This document shows, piece by piece, positions 1-12,227 of a DNA stretch of 64,000 nucleotides (within the stretch, counting starts at the first letter, position 1; each line of letters opens with the position of its first letter). The DNA is from Phoronis australis. Its lineage: Eukaryota; Animalia; Phoronida. Below the pieces are notes generated by a model, which saw only the letters and a list, made by a program, of their open reading frames with translations, was not told where the DNA came from and ran no database searches. The DNA lies in contig NMRA01000243.1 of NCBI GenBank assembly GCA_002633005.1, positions 526,140 through 590,139 of the forward strand, read 5' to 3'. A program made the translations under genes and the position numbers.

Positions 1-915
1 CAAGACACGGACGGATATATGTCAGAATCTAGTCGGCCGGAAGTAACAACGACGTCTTTCGAATCGAGCACAACCACCGAGAACACGGACAGCACTGGTG
101 ATAGTCAAACGCACAAACTTCAGCAAATGAAATGTGATAGCGGGTATAAGTCTTTGGAGACTCAAAAACCACCCAAACTAGCCAAGAAACAGATAAGTTT
201 CGCCGACCAGGACACCAGTATTGAAGTAGAGGAAGTCCCGGTAGAGGACTCCCGTGACGACAGAAGTAAAACTAGCCACACGTTTGACCGACGTTCTGGC
301 AAAACCGCGTCGAAAAAGCGTCGCGATTTCCACCGAGAACGACAAATGATCCACGTATATGAGAGTATCAACGAACCGGATACTGACTCAAAATCCGACC
401 AGCCATCAGGCGACAGTTTCGACGAGCCAAACCAACCAAGCAAAATGTCCGTTTTCTCACGTTTTTTTAAATCGTATAACAGCTCTCGTGAAAAAATGTT
501 AAAAAGCCGAGATTACAGCATAGATGAAAAGACAGACGCGTTGTTTAAAGAGTTTATTCGACATGATCCTGATCTAGAGGAAAGGAACAGCTACCGCCGT
601 TCTCCAAGGGCGCACCATCGACACAGGTTACACCGGAAACAAACGGTTGACCAAGGTTCATTAGAGTTTCCACGTAAGACAAAACTGTCAATATCCCTCA
701 GAAGTGCAAGTTTAGGAAGCGACAGCAGCGCCCCCTCGTCGAGGCGCATATCGCCTCAGGACAGCATTGAGGAAGAATACTTGCGACTTGAATCGGAAAA
801 CACGTGGGAGGGGATTTCAACCAATCAGGTTAGCGCACAAAATGGTGACAATAAAACCTCAGCGACAATCCACGAAATCCCTATAATTAAACTACCTGAA
901 GAGGAAGATAGTTGA
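1..915 (+). CDS. CBARP: Last coding exon of a CBARP/BARP-like protein (voltage-gated Ca-channel beta-subunit-associated regulatory protein); 5' part lies outside the window
   Basis: The frame is open from base 1 (CAA GAC ACG GAC GGA TAT ATG) to TGA at 915. The Ser-rich disordered sequence has three blocks, KLQQMKCDSGYKSLE, RDYSIDEKTDALFKEFIRHDP (508-570) and IPIIKLPEEE. From memory these match, in the same order, human CBARP RLLQMDSGYASIE, RDYSIDEKTDALFHEFLRHDP and IPVIEEE. Confidence 0.82.
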   Translation, partial: QDTDGYMSESSRPEVTTTSFESSTTTENTDSTGDSQTHKLQQMKCDSGYKSLETQKPPKLAKKQISFADQDTSIEVEEVPVEDSRDDRSKTSHTFDRRSGKTASKKRRDFHRERQMIHVYESINEPDTDSKSDQPSGDSFDEPNQPSKMSVFSRFFKSYNSSREKMLKSRDYSIDEKTDALFKEFIRHDPDLEERNSYRRSPRAHHRHRLHRKQTVDQGSLEFPRKTKLSISLRSASLGSDSSAPSSRRISPQDSIEEEYLRLESENTWEGISTNQVSAQNGDNKTSATIHEIPIIKLPEEEDS

Positions 916-3900
916 ACGTGATTCAACTAAGCTCAATAATGTTACGCATTCGTTCTTGTGTTTATCTTCGTTGATGCTGGGTGGAGTCATACAGTGTTTT
1001 TTGTAATCATTTAAAGTACTCTGCAAATGACAAGTAAGGCCTATATGTGCGTAAGAGAATGTGACATCGTTCCGTAGACGCAAGACACTCGTGAGTGAAG
1101 CTAATGTGATCACGTGTTTTGCTTATAATGCCTGGTGATATCTCACAGTCTTGCGTGGTCTCGCTTTTCTCGTCAGAAACTTCCTCTTCAGAACGTAGAA
1201 CCAGAGTCTTCAGTTACCCTGCATGCGTCATATTCATATTTAGTTTCGTTGTTACTAATTTCAGCTTCAAAACTGAAAGGCTTTTGCGTTAATTTTTATT
1301 GTTATTAGCTGTAATTAAGGTTCAGACACGGGTAAACAACAAACAGTAGTATCGTGCTCATCCATCAGTTTGGTGATAAAAATATACACCAAAAATTAAT
1401 TAATTCATCACCAATATTTTACACTAAAACCACCAGAACAATGCCAATTTTCATGTTTGTAATATATTTGGACTTACTGTTTTGCACACAGGATATGGAA
1501 ATGATATGCTTTTTACATATTCACTTTCTTTATAGAAAATTGATTTTATACATATTTTCACTGTCAGTGAACAGACGTGAACGGAAGAGAGATAACATAT
1601 TATGTTTCTCGAATCTCAAATTTGTCATCATGATTTTAGAAGTGACTCCAGTGACTTACTTTCGTGTTGCACAATAGACAATAGAACATAAATCACCAAC
1701 TCCGTATACATCTTAGTGATGCACAACTTGAATAGCGGCATTCGGTTTTATGCACGTTTTACTGTTGGCAAGTACGTCGTACGCTCTTTAATCAGTAACT
1801 GAGTTGTGCAATGGGAGACAGTGGCGCCTCCTCTCGGAATTCCACAACAAAACATTGGAGTTACGAATCTGTTGTGTATGATCTATGTTTGCACCTACCT
1901 CCGCTCACGTTCTTGCTTTTAAGTGGCGCAAGCAAAGAAAAGAATATCTTTAAAACTTCGTTTCCACCCACCTATTGTCTAAATATAAACACGAAAAATA
2001 AGCCAATTAGCCTACTGTGTCAAACTAGATTCACAAGAATCCTTTCCACAAAAACAAATACCAGCAGAAATTTAGAGAGCATTTGAAAATGCATGGAAGA
2101 GGCTCACGTTTGAGAGTGCTGGTCTGTGCTTTCAAGTTGACTACTGGCTGTGCCCAGAATATCTGTGGGTGTGAAATTCGTTTTCTGTCATTCCATGGAA
2201 CCGTTTGTTACATCTTTTGTATAGCCAAGTTACCTACAGTTTGCAATATAAGCACTGATTAAGAATGAAATTGCCCGTGATTGATATATTTCGCATTGTT
2301 CGTGAAATATGGCTATTTTATTGGGACATCCCAGTTTACACAACGGCGAGTGTCGAAAGTTTTGATTTAATTTCGAAATTGGTGGTGACAAAAATGGAGT
2401 CGGGAAATAAGACAAGTGAACACTTCTTGTTTTCCATAGTTATAATGTAAATCAAGATATTGATTCCCGAAAATCAGGGCAGGATGCGTGGAAAACGCCT
2501 AGGTCCGCAGACTTTTCGTTGTCGACGAGCTTGCGGGGACACTTACAGTGTAAATCGTCGATTTACAGAGTTTGAACAAGGATTCAATGCACGCGAAAAT
2601 TAGCCCGAGAATTTACGTCCGAATAAATAATTACAGGCCCGTATCAAAGGAAATCAATTCACCTTCCTAACGTGTCGCACGTTCTGTCTTTTTTCTTAAT
2701 AGTATCTGAAATGAATTAGGCTAACAATCAATTTGTGGAACGTAATACTATGTGAGTGACTGTTCACATGACTTGCGGAAACGTGATCACGCCGACATGA
2801 CTCGTGTATTCTAACTCCCTTGCAGTAGACCACCACTGCCCAATAATTAAACTTAACGCTAGTTAACCAAGTGAAGACCTCATCGTTAGTTGTGTTATGA
2901 AATAGCTTACCAGCGCATCTATGTTGTGCCAACGAACTTAAAATGCAATGCAACACTGACTGGCAACCGCAATATCTAGCCGTTTGAATCAATCCTCCAT
3001 CTGTGCGAAGCTGAGTGAGTTATCAATTATTGCATAGCCTCAAAGAGATCGTGGATATGCCGCTGTGTGTAACAGTTACTTTTTCTAACTCGTACCTTTG
3101 TGATCATGTGGATTCATGACGGTAACAGTTTCAGTGAAATGTCATCGGCAAAACAACGAAATGAATCTGTTGCTGTAGTGCGTATGCAGCTAAGGTCATA
3201 GTTGCTTTGCGCTTGCGCAACTTCTCAACGGGTAGTATGGTGGGCGTGGCCTAACTGTGTTTGTCGGGACTATCCACCTGACCACTCTTGTCACGTTTCT
3301 CTTTGACTCACCAGTATGAGCTGGTTTTCATATTTTAAACTCATACGCTCAAATTTGCTTATTTTTACCATGAGTACATGTATTCATTTACTCGGCATCA
3401 GGTTGGATATAAAGATTTGATCTTAAGTTTTTAATTTACGGATAAATGATATTTTTTCTTCTTAGGTGCAAGTGTAATGGTTCATTGTTGATAAATCGGA
3501 TTATAATGCCTCATTTTATTTCTTAACATGGACTGTACGAAAGCAACTCTCGATGACCACCTTTCGGTTTCGTAGACCATCATGCCCTAGTGGTCATTCT
3601 GTGAAAACACATTTCCGGGTGTTGCTATTAGTAGACCTTGAGAGGTGTACGAATGTAACGATTTCATCTTTGTCTGGATTGTTTGCTGTGGACAATGGAG
3701 GGAACTTTTTTATTGACACTCGGGATTTTTACGTTTCAGCTAAAAAGCCTGAATGTGGAGTGTGCAAGTACAACTTGAATTCTCTTGCTGTAGTATTGAG
3801 TAGTTTTGCAATTACTTTTTAATTGGTGTCTTTTACGATTTCATACAAACATTACTATTTTCAATATAGCACAAACGTGTTTTAAATAAATAGGACACAC

Positions 3901-4585
3901 TTGTTGCAGTTTGCTTTGCTTTTACTCATTGTCGCCTGACAGTGACGTCTATGATTGCCTTGGTTTCGCTCAGTTACGAATTTGCATTGCTGTCTCGAAG
4001 CTGGACTATGAACTTAATGTTCTGAATTTACGTTGATATTCATTCCTTAACATTTGCCACAAATCGTTACTCTTTTAGCCCCAATCTGGAATTCGTTTTG
4101 TTCAGAGGCTTTTTACTGTAAGCATTGGGTTTCCACATGCGACGTGCTCATTCGATGACAAAGTTTGTCCATTTCCGTTTTACGTTATGGAGCACTACGT
4201 TGTACCGTCTCACGGAAAATGGCGAATTGTATAAAATGAACGTGCATTGACATATAAGCTGCGTCAAAATTAACATATGCACGATACCTCGAACCATGCA
4301 CGTGAACCACCAACTGATTTGCACGAATAAGTGAATAAAGTGAATAGCTGAAAGACTGCAGCATCACGCACAAAAGCATGCTCACGAACCGCACTCTCAT
4401 TTGCTAGAACATAAATCATCGGCATCTATGGCCAGCGGTGCATGTGGATGAGTTTGCGGTTCGTTCTATACGTAAGAGTTTTCGTGTGCATGGCTGTATC
4501 GCGCACATGTTTTGCCGTTCACGTGCGATATTCGAAGATTTATTCGGATGGTTCATTGGTTCGTGTTTCGTACACATGATTATCT

Positions 4586-4586
<1 letters not shown>

Positions 4587-4630
<44 letters not shown>

Positions 4631-4657
4631 ACGCACGCACGCACGCACTCACACACA
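4587..4657. repeat. (CA)n / (CACG)n microsatellite
   Basis: Directly visible dinucleotide run grading into GCAC units. Confidence 0.95.
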
Positions 4658-5979
4658 TGTGTTGATGAACTCGTTTACTCAGGGTTGAATGTTTAGTAAT
4701 AAGTTCTAAGCAGTATTAAATTGTGAAATGAATGTACCGCCAACCTTTACCTGGCACTTGTAGAGAGATTATTTTCGAATGTCTATACTTTACATATAGA
4801 AGTCTCTTTTCGCTTAATTTTACTTCAAGTGACTTTTACTCACCTAACATCAAAACAACTTTTGCGTTAGGGAGCGCTCACACAAAAGTCTCATTTACGC
4901 CGTTTTAGACTGTTTTTGCTGATGTCTATCGCACGTGAAAGGCATTCTGCGCGCCAATCTTATGCTAATCACTCGTAAGACTGCTGATATGGAACTTTCT
5001 GAACGTTTGTCTTAAGCGTCGGTCCACTTTCTGATCAGAGGTCCTGTCTGTCTCAATTCTCATAAAATTACACCGTGCGAGACAATTAACATAATTCGTT
5101 TATCAACTAGTAATTACCTAAAATTCGTTGCCATAAGCAAGTGAAACGCATGGTGTGACAATGTTTGCCGTTCTGCAATATACATGTATCTAAGTGATGT
5201 AGGCACTGGCCTTATATAAAAATAAGTCTTATAAACAACTAGAACTCGCACTCTACATAATAAAAAATAACCTAATAGAGATCAGTGATATACTCCCCTC
5301 TAATCAGGAATGACGTGGACTCGTCCAGACGACCACGCCACATAGTGGACCCATAAAGTGAACAACGTCGACGTAGAAATCTTTCATCATTATTCCGTCA
5401 TTTTAGCTTCTTTTATTATAGATGAACAACGGCTGACGAGCTTTCATCAATTCCCACGTTAATGTCTGTATTTACAGAAGCTGCAAATGCGTTGAAAAAA
5501 ACAGACCAGACGACATAAAACACTGCTCACATTTGCATAATTTTGGCGGAAGCTTTCCCCATCCACATGATATATTCGCAAAATTGACAAAATTAGGAGG
5601 GTATACTTCTCCTACCAGAAATAACCCTCGGGTGTGGTGGCTTCATTTAAGATAAGATTTTTGGAATTTGGGAATGTATTTTTTTTAAAAGACATGCATT
5701 TAGAACACTGGAAGCTCTGTTGATAATTATTCAGGTGACGGAGGAGACTTCCACAAATTTCTCCGAAAACTGCCTCCCGTTCAGTAACGCTAGGACCTCG
5801 CTAAACAGGAAAACATCGCGAGATGATGTGAGATATTGCCGTGTATTTTAAATGAGAACACGTGACTTTAGTTAGATTTTAGCTAAGCCCTAGCGTTACT
5901 GAACGCACGCGTGGTTTTAGCAGGGCACTCTCCAAAGGCCATGGGATTGAACGTATGAGCGAAAACTGCGAAATCGCAA

Positions 5980-7353
5980 TTAAACAGTTTCGTTAACGCA
6001 TACCTCATCTTCGTTACCAGATGAAACTGCTTTTTGTTGCGCCCTAACTTGAAACTCCTTAATGCGCTCCTCTAGTTCAATCTGAAATGGTGATTTCTGG
6101 TTGATAATTTTACCATCCTTACCATGTTTCTTGTCCAATTGTTTGGCGTGCTTTTGTGGTTTTACGTTTGTTTTCGAAAACATTTTGGAGACAGGTTGGG
6201 ATATCTTTGAATCATGTTCAAGCCGGTGTTCGTATCCGCTATCTGTACTGTCTGTTTTATTCGACTCTTGTTTCGTGAATTTCGGTAATTGCTTCGAGTT
6301 TTCCTTTTGAGCAATGTTCTTTGTGAGAGCAGGTTCTGGTTTTGTCTTTTTGTCTTTTTGCTCTTTTGACAAATCATTTTCGCCATGATTTCCTTTGTTC
6401 ATAGAAGGTTTGGTCTTTGATTCAGACACAGAAACGTCATAAGACGACACCCGTTTTTCTGGGCTGACTTTTCCAGAGGGTGTTACGGTAATCACGGTAA
6501 CATATCTGCCAGCATCCGTTGAGCGTTTGTTACCCAACCCCTTCGCTTGATTCTCCTCGCTAGATATAACGTGTTCCTCCGAACGCCTCTTCTTTTTAAG
6601 AACGTTTCTAAAGTCGCCATTTAGCTCATCAAATTCGGATTTTTTTGCTTTCAGACGTTTAGAAGACAATCGAATCTTATTTCTTCTAGACAATCGCTGC
6701 CGTAAACTCACCAGCTTCGTTTTCTTGTCAAGAGATGGCGCTTTCTGTATATTTGTTTTAAAACGTTTCCAGAAGACAACCCTTTCTTGTTGTTTTGGTT
6801 TGTCGTTGTGCATTTTAAGGTCTTCGTTGAGCGTACCTTTCTTTTTGCGCCTTCTGGGTGACTTCCTAAAGGCTGTGGCGAGGATTTTGAAAATGTTTTG
6901 ATTACGCCGAGGGACTTCGGGTGAGTTTGATTTGATACGTATTGAGCCATTTGCATCACTCGTAGCAGAAGGCGCGTGCGCGTGTGTATCAGTTGACTTC
7001 ACAACGTCTACAGGATGTGTCTTCGGTAGCGGGATGTTAGCTGGTGACACTGGAGTACTGATGCTTGCGTTGCTCGCGTTTTGTGACGACCTGTATAACT
7101 GTGATAATTCAGTAAAACGACTCATATCCATTTCTACGGAATCCAGAAAATCAGATATCGGCGTGTCGTTATCGACGTGGCTTTCATCAACCCTTGTCTT
7201 GTTTGCTGACGTCCTTGGCTTTACATTAAACAATGGTTGTCGTTTTGGTAGTGACATATACCGTGTGCTCCCGGGTGATCGAAAAGAGCTGAGCAAGCCC
7301 GAGGAACGACGAATGGGTGTATACACTCTTGTGGCAGTATCCCGATCGCTAGG
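5980..7353 (-). CDS. Terminal exon (457 aa) of an uncharacterised Lys/Arg/Ser-rich disordered protein
   Basis: 1.37-kb stop-free frame in AT-rich DNA. Acceptor ttgtcgtttcag|CCT is phase 0 and matches the phase-0 donor at 9126. Contains basic clusters (RKSPRRRKKK, LKKKRRS) and no recognisable domain. Confidence 0.7.
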   Translation of the reverse strand, partial: PSDRDTATRVYTPIRRSSGLLSSFRSPGSTRYMSLPKRQPLFNVKPRTSANKTRVDESHVDNDTPISDFLDSVEMDMSRFTELSQLYRSSQNASNASISTPVSPANIPLPKTHPVDVVKSTDTHAHAPSATSDANGSIRIKSNSPEVPRRNQNIFKILATAFRKSPRRRKKKGTLNEDLKMHNDKPKQQERVVFWKRFKTNIQKAPSLDKKTKLVSLRQRLSRRNKIRLSSKRLKAKKSEFDELNGDFRNVLKKKRRSEEHVISSEENQAKGLGNKRSTDAGRYVTVITVTPSGKVSPEKRVSSYDVSVSESKTKPSMNKGNHGENDLSKEQKDKKTKPEPALTKNIAQKENSKQLPKFTKQESNKTDSTDSGYEHRLEHDSKISQPVSKMFSKTNVKPQKHAKQLDKKHGKDGKIINQKSPFQIELEERIKEFQVRAQQKAVSSGNEDEVCVNETV

Positions 7354-9125
7354 CTGAAACGACAAGTTCGCAATTTAGTTTTAACATTGCACTCCTTAGT
7401 CACAATTAAATTCTGGTCAAACCCGTTCGTTGGTGACAGAGTTCGTCAATGCTGATGTCAAAGATATTTATTTCAGTTTGAAATGACTAGTGCTGATCAT
7501 TCGTGGGATACGAGCACCGTGGTTACTAACGTAGAATTGTCGTGAGGACTTGACAAGGACCTCAGGGGTCTCACACTCCTCTGATTTATCCACATTATTT
7601 TGAAAACGCTTTGCCCAGTCACCTATTGTGTGTCATAAAAGAGATAAGCATACCTGCAGCTGACGCAGCAAGTAGAACTACTCTCGTTTATCACATTGGT
7701 GTAGACTCACAGTTGAACTGTGGTTTTCTGTTGACCCCAGACCGTCCGGAGTTGCACCATATACCAACTCCGGACGGTCTCTCACGACGATTTAGCGTTA
7801 TGTACTTACTACCACTCATTCTCGTAATCCAAAAATCTGTGTTTGATCCAGAGACAGAGACAGTGGCCTCCATGTTGCACTATTAGGCTAGTAATTATGG
7901 TCGTCTGCTTACTCCCAAAATCCTCAAAAACTCGACTTACTTTTACGCGGTTAAATTAGAAAAAGCACCTATCCGAGGACATAGTCCTACAGTAAATGTC
8001 TTTCAGTGTCGTAAACATTCTTTTCCTTACAAAGCTGGAATGCATGTAATAGATCGGATATTTTCCCAAAGCGTTTGGCGAGGTCATGGTACTCTAATTT
8101 TGGCAATTCATCATGCGACCTTACAAACTAGATCGACAAAATGGCCGTCAGTGAACGGTGGGACTCGATACCCTTATGGCTCTCTGCTCGGAGTGCTGCT
8201 TTTCAGGTGTAGACGTCACGTGCAACTACACGTTCAATACTTTCGTCCTGTCAACCATGACTTCCGGGCGAGAGTTATTCGTGAATGTCATGCCTTGTAT
8301 ATCATGGTTGCTCTTGATTCACTCCACCGTTTCAGCCGGTTTAACCCGCTAAGGCATCTTTATTGCTTTATTAACAAGGTCGTCGTCGAGAACAGCCTGC
8401 CATCGGTTGCCTTAGTTTTCAGCGCAATTGTGGATTTTGTCCACGCACTTATGTAATATTCTTCCACCACTTTATCTTTATTATGAACTTCTTTTTGACT
8501 TCTGAATTTTTTAGTAATAGGCCTACATTATCTGAAAACTAAGCACTTTTTACTTGAATGAAAATAGATAATGACTATGTCTTTAAATTATGGAATTACG
8601 TGAGAGGTCGCTGTTCATTTTGAATGATAATGCCACTCAGACCGTCTGTATCAGACTTACAACTTGACGTAGCAATGAAGATAACGTAGGACAATCAGTG
8701 CTTTCACTGCTAAGTCCACGAGCGTGCTGAAAATTTATGCCACGTAATTTCATGCAGCCGGGTGCAGATGCCTTAGCACGGCAGCGTTCCCTAAACTCGA
8801 GAAGCTCGCGAAAACGTAAGATCACGCAAGACTGCGAGATATCGCCATACGTTGCAAGTGAAACACATTCAGTCCAGGTTAACTTGGCTGAACTGGTGTA
8901 GTAAATTAAGTGCAACCAATAAACTCGCCTCAGGGGTCTCTCTAAACATAGTTTTACATTAATACTGAGGGACACACGTAGCTAGATTTGAACGCGTGCG
9001 CCACCAGTGGTCTTGCTTGCTTTCACATTATTGAATCGATCTTATTTCCTGGTTCTGAAAAGATACCTCCGTCCTTTTAAAATGTGTGCAAGAGTTTTTG
9101 ACGAAGTTTAACAAACAAAGATTAC

Positions 9126-9564
9126 CTGTCGAATGGAGCCGTTGTCTTTACCTTTCCAAATGATTTCATTTTTGTATCGTAAAACTGGGCGGTATATTCT
9201 CAGAAAACTGCTTGTTAAAACGGTTCTTCGTAATCTACACACAGGCAAACTGATGTCGCTTCTAAAAGACTTGGAGTCACTGACAACGCTGCTGTCGTCT
9301 GCGTAACTTAGATGTGTTTCGTGGTCGCTGTCGTCTGCCTCCGACCGATTAAGTAGTTCACTGACGTCCTCCGGTCGTAACTGGCTGAGAATTTTCGGTT
9401 TGTATTGGCTCAGAAGGCTGCCGTGATGAGTTAACTTGGACAAAGGCCGATGTTCCTGCTGTGGCGCCGGCTCTGTTGTAAACTCTTCCGAGGGAAATTT
9501 TAGTGTCCGGATGAAACGACGTCTGCTCTGAAGCTGCGTGCGATATGGTTGAAACATCTCCATT
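9126..9564 (-). CDS. Internal exon of the same orphan gene (MEMFQPYRTQ...GSIRQ)
   Basis: Acceptor ctttcttttctag|A and donor CAG|gtaatc bracket a 146-codon open frame. Confidence 0.65.
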
Positions 9565-9969
9565 CTAGAAAAGAAAGCTCAAAATGAAATGTTCGTTTAT
9601 AGCCATTGGTGTAACGAAAATTGTGACAACTCACCGTAGTCTAAAAATTTAGCGTTGCCTCAATTCCAAACCAGCAAATACTCGTGCACAGATATATGCA
9701 AAGTAAATTATTATTTCCGTTCATGTGCGCAAAAAACAATGCATATCCGTATACATTTTTAATTGGTTCATTTCTCAAAATAAGTACATAAAAGAAAAAA
9801 ATATGAGACAAAGCATACATACACACCATGCATGCAAAAACAGATACACACTCACACACACACAAACACACACACACTAACACACTCACACGCATCATCT
9901 AACTTTAAATAAGCATGGTTGTTGCAGGTAAGTAATACCAATTTCCTAAAGCAGTCTGAAGGGATTGAC

Positions 9970-10646
9970 TAGAGAGGTTTCGCAAAGCGACGCGAACTTA
10001 GATTATCACGAATTTATAACACCGCGTCACACATGCCATTGTTGGCTGTGACGTAATCCAAATAATGTTAGAGTATTTTACGCGCATACAAGGAGATTCG
10101 CGTCTCTTTAAACGCAAAACCTGTTGCCCCTTTTTTATTTTATTTGGTTAGACATCGAAAAATTTTTTATTTTGATAGGGCTCTCGATCATTTTTATTTG
10201 CTTCCGTATGAAATGAACACGATTCTTTTGTCTATAAATGTTAATAAAGTTTAGTTGCAAGAAAGCACTTTTTCAAAATCCTTATTCTGCCGGGGTTCGC
10301 TGGATATCATCGAACTGCAATGGATTTTAACAAATATGATTAATTTCCTATCTTACATGCATCTCTTTACTTTAAACTCCAAATAAATTTCGCATCCTAA
10401 GAATTGAACATTTTTCGCAGGAGTTCGTAGAAACGACTTTATTCACATTCAACATATATTTCTATCTCAGCGGGTATATACTACGATAGTTAGACACCCT
10501 GAGCTCAGTTATTCAATTCATATTTACACTCACGCGTAAAAAATAGCTGTTGCGAAACCCATTTTTGTTACTGTATACTATAAATCTCACACGCAATTAC
10601 GTACGCGTCATGATTCACTTTCACGTCGCTTTGCGAAACTTCTCTA
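9970..10646. mobile_element. Non-autonomous DNA transposon (MITE) with ~27-bp TIRs
   Basis: TAGAGAGGTTTCGCAAAGCGACGCGAA (9970-9996) versus the reverse complement of 10620-10646, TAGAGAAGTTTCGCAAAGCGACGTGAA: 2 mismatches. No ORF inside. Confidence 0.8.
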
Positions 10647-10830
10647 ATAATACGATAATTGCACAGGTAGTACTTAAAATGTGTATATCTGGTCTTTAAA
10701 ACACTAACATTGACAAATACTTATAATCGAATTAGTAGCCTCGAAATTACATCCAAATATGCTATCAAAAAACGTTTTATCTAAGATTAAATCTTGTTGA
10801 GGTATTCGCTAGTTTAGTGATGGCGTGCCA

Positions 10831-10940
10831 TGGCAGTAGATGACGCAATTTGGACTCGGAAATAAGAATAGACATGCCGTCACACTGGGTTCAAAACGTC
10901 ATAAGGACGTCAAAATGACGTCATACTAAACATTCCTATA
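10831..10940 (+). repeat. Dispersed repeat, copy 1 (copy 2 at 29744-29852)
   Basis: TGGCAGTAGATGACGCAATTTGGAC...AAATAAGAATAGACATGCCGTCACACTGG...GACGTCAAAATGACGTCA.ACTAAAC.TTCCTATA occurs twice, 19 kb apart. Confidence 0.85.
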
Positions 10941-12207
10941 AGCGGAATAAAAGTTTTTGAATCTCGTACCACACATTTTTTACGAAGTCATTCTCCACAA
11001 ACATTTATGATGAAAGGTTTCAATATTTCCACAAGATGCACATGTGTCCTCACTAACTAATCGCATCTTTTTCTAAGTGTGCATCTGTTCCAAAGTGTGA
11101 GCGCATTATTTGATGTAACTCCAATATAAGGGGTTAGTTAGGCCCACGCGCCTGTACGTAACATTGCACCTACGCGCATGCGCCGGTATGCGAAACGCTT
11201 AAAACCTACGAACATTTTAAATCAATCATTCAAACAATGTTTATTTAAAATAGTATTATACAGTGCATACGAACTGCGAGCTCTTTAAATTTAAAATAAA
11301 ATTGCAATTGGGAGAATAAATAAATGAATGATTAAAACAGATAAATAATATGAAAACAAATAAAAAGCAGTGGATATGAAGGTCCAATCCCTCAACAGCG
11401 ACTTGAAGGCATTTGGATCGACAAACAAAGGTCCAATGGGAGTCTGCCCATTGTATTCCAGAATACATTTTTTTTGAAATTTGGCACATCAGTTGTAGTC
11501 AGTGTCTTTGAAATCAAAATTTTTTCTTAGGGAAAAGTGTGTGTTCAACTATGGACCGAACTTGACCCTGTTCAAAAAGCATGAAATATAGCGTGGCAAC
11601 TTCTTGTAGGTTGCAGGAATATAAATGAACATTGTAATTGAAAAACGTTGCTCAACCTAGAAACACATATAAAAATTCTAGTGAAAGCTACCGTAATGAC
11701 ACTTTATGAGAATCAAAAACTGAACGTAAATGAAGAAATTGAACTTTACTTTCGTAATCTGATATGTTCTTTCAAACGTTCGTTAATTTGAACTCGCAGT
11801 GACCGTAACTATTACGCGTGGCATCAATACTACATATCTTTCTTTCATTTTGTGCCCAATTTCCCGAGGACGCGGTCTCACCTGCACCAAAATTAAAAAA
11901 ATGTCATTTTGGAAATATAGGCGCATGATCATGAGCTTGACTACATGCATAAGGGTAAATACCATGCTTTTTCAGTGATTTAGACGGCCGTCGCACCTGA
12001 AACCATCCCGTCCGTTTCCAAACTTTCCGGAAAAATTAAATACTCGTCCGTGATTAACAAACTCGTCCGTGATTAACAACTCGCATGCATGCGCTCATAT
12101 AAGTGCACGCGCCTTTATGCCGATAGCTGCAGCTTCATAATCATGCGCCTGAAATCATCTGCCGTGACATGTTGGCGTGTAACTGCCGAAATAAAAAATT
12201 CACTTAC

Positions 12208-12227
12208 CCAGAGATTTCTTTGTCCAT
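12208..12227 (-). CDS. Probable first coding exon of the orphan gene (MDKEISG)
   Basis: gcaATGg start context and consensus donor GG|gtaagt. Phase 2 joins the A at 9564 to give GGA then ATG in frame. Confidence 0.45.

Noticed and set aside
4416-4658. Cys/Val-rich ORFs (also 9641-9898) and the poly-Tyr ORF at 49957-50262
   Set aside because: Translations of microsatellites.
5980-5994. C-terminal NETV as a class I PDZ ligand
   Set aside because: Thr is at position -1, not -2, so it does not fit the S/T-x-V consensus.
6932-7357. 141-aa + strand ORF, and similar ORFs at 162-443, 6101-6310, 56694-57198 and 62274-62711
   Set aside because: Antisense or alternative-frame shadows of real exons, with no independent splice or domain support.
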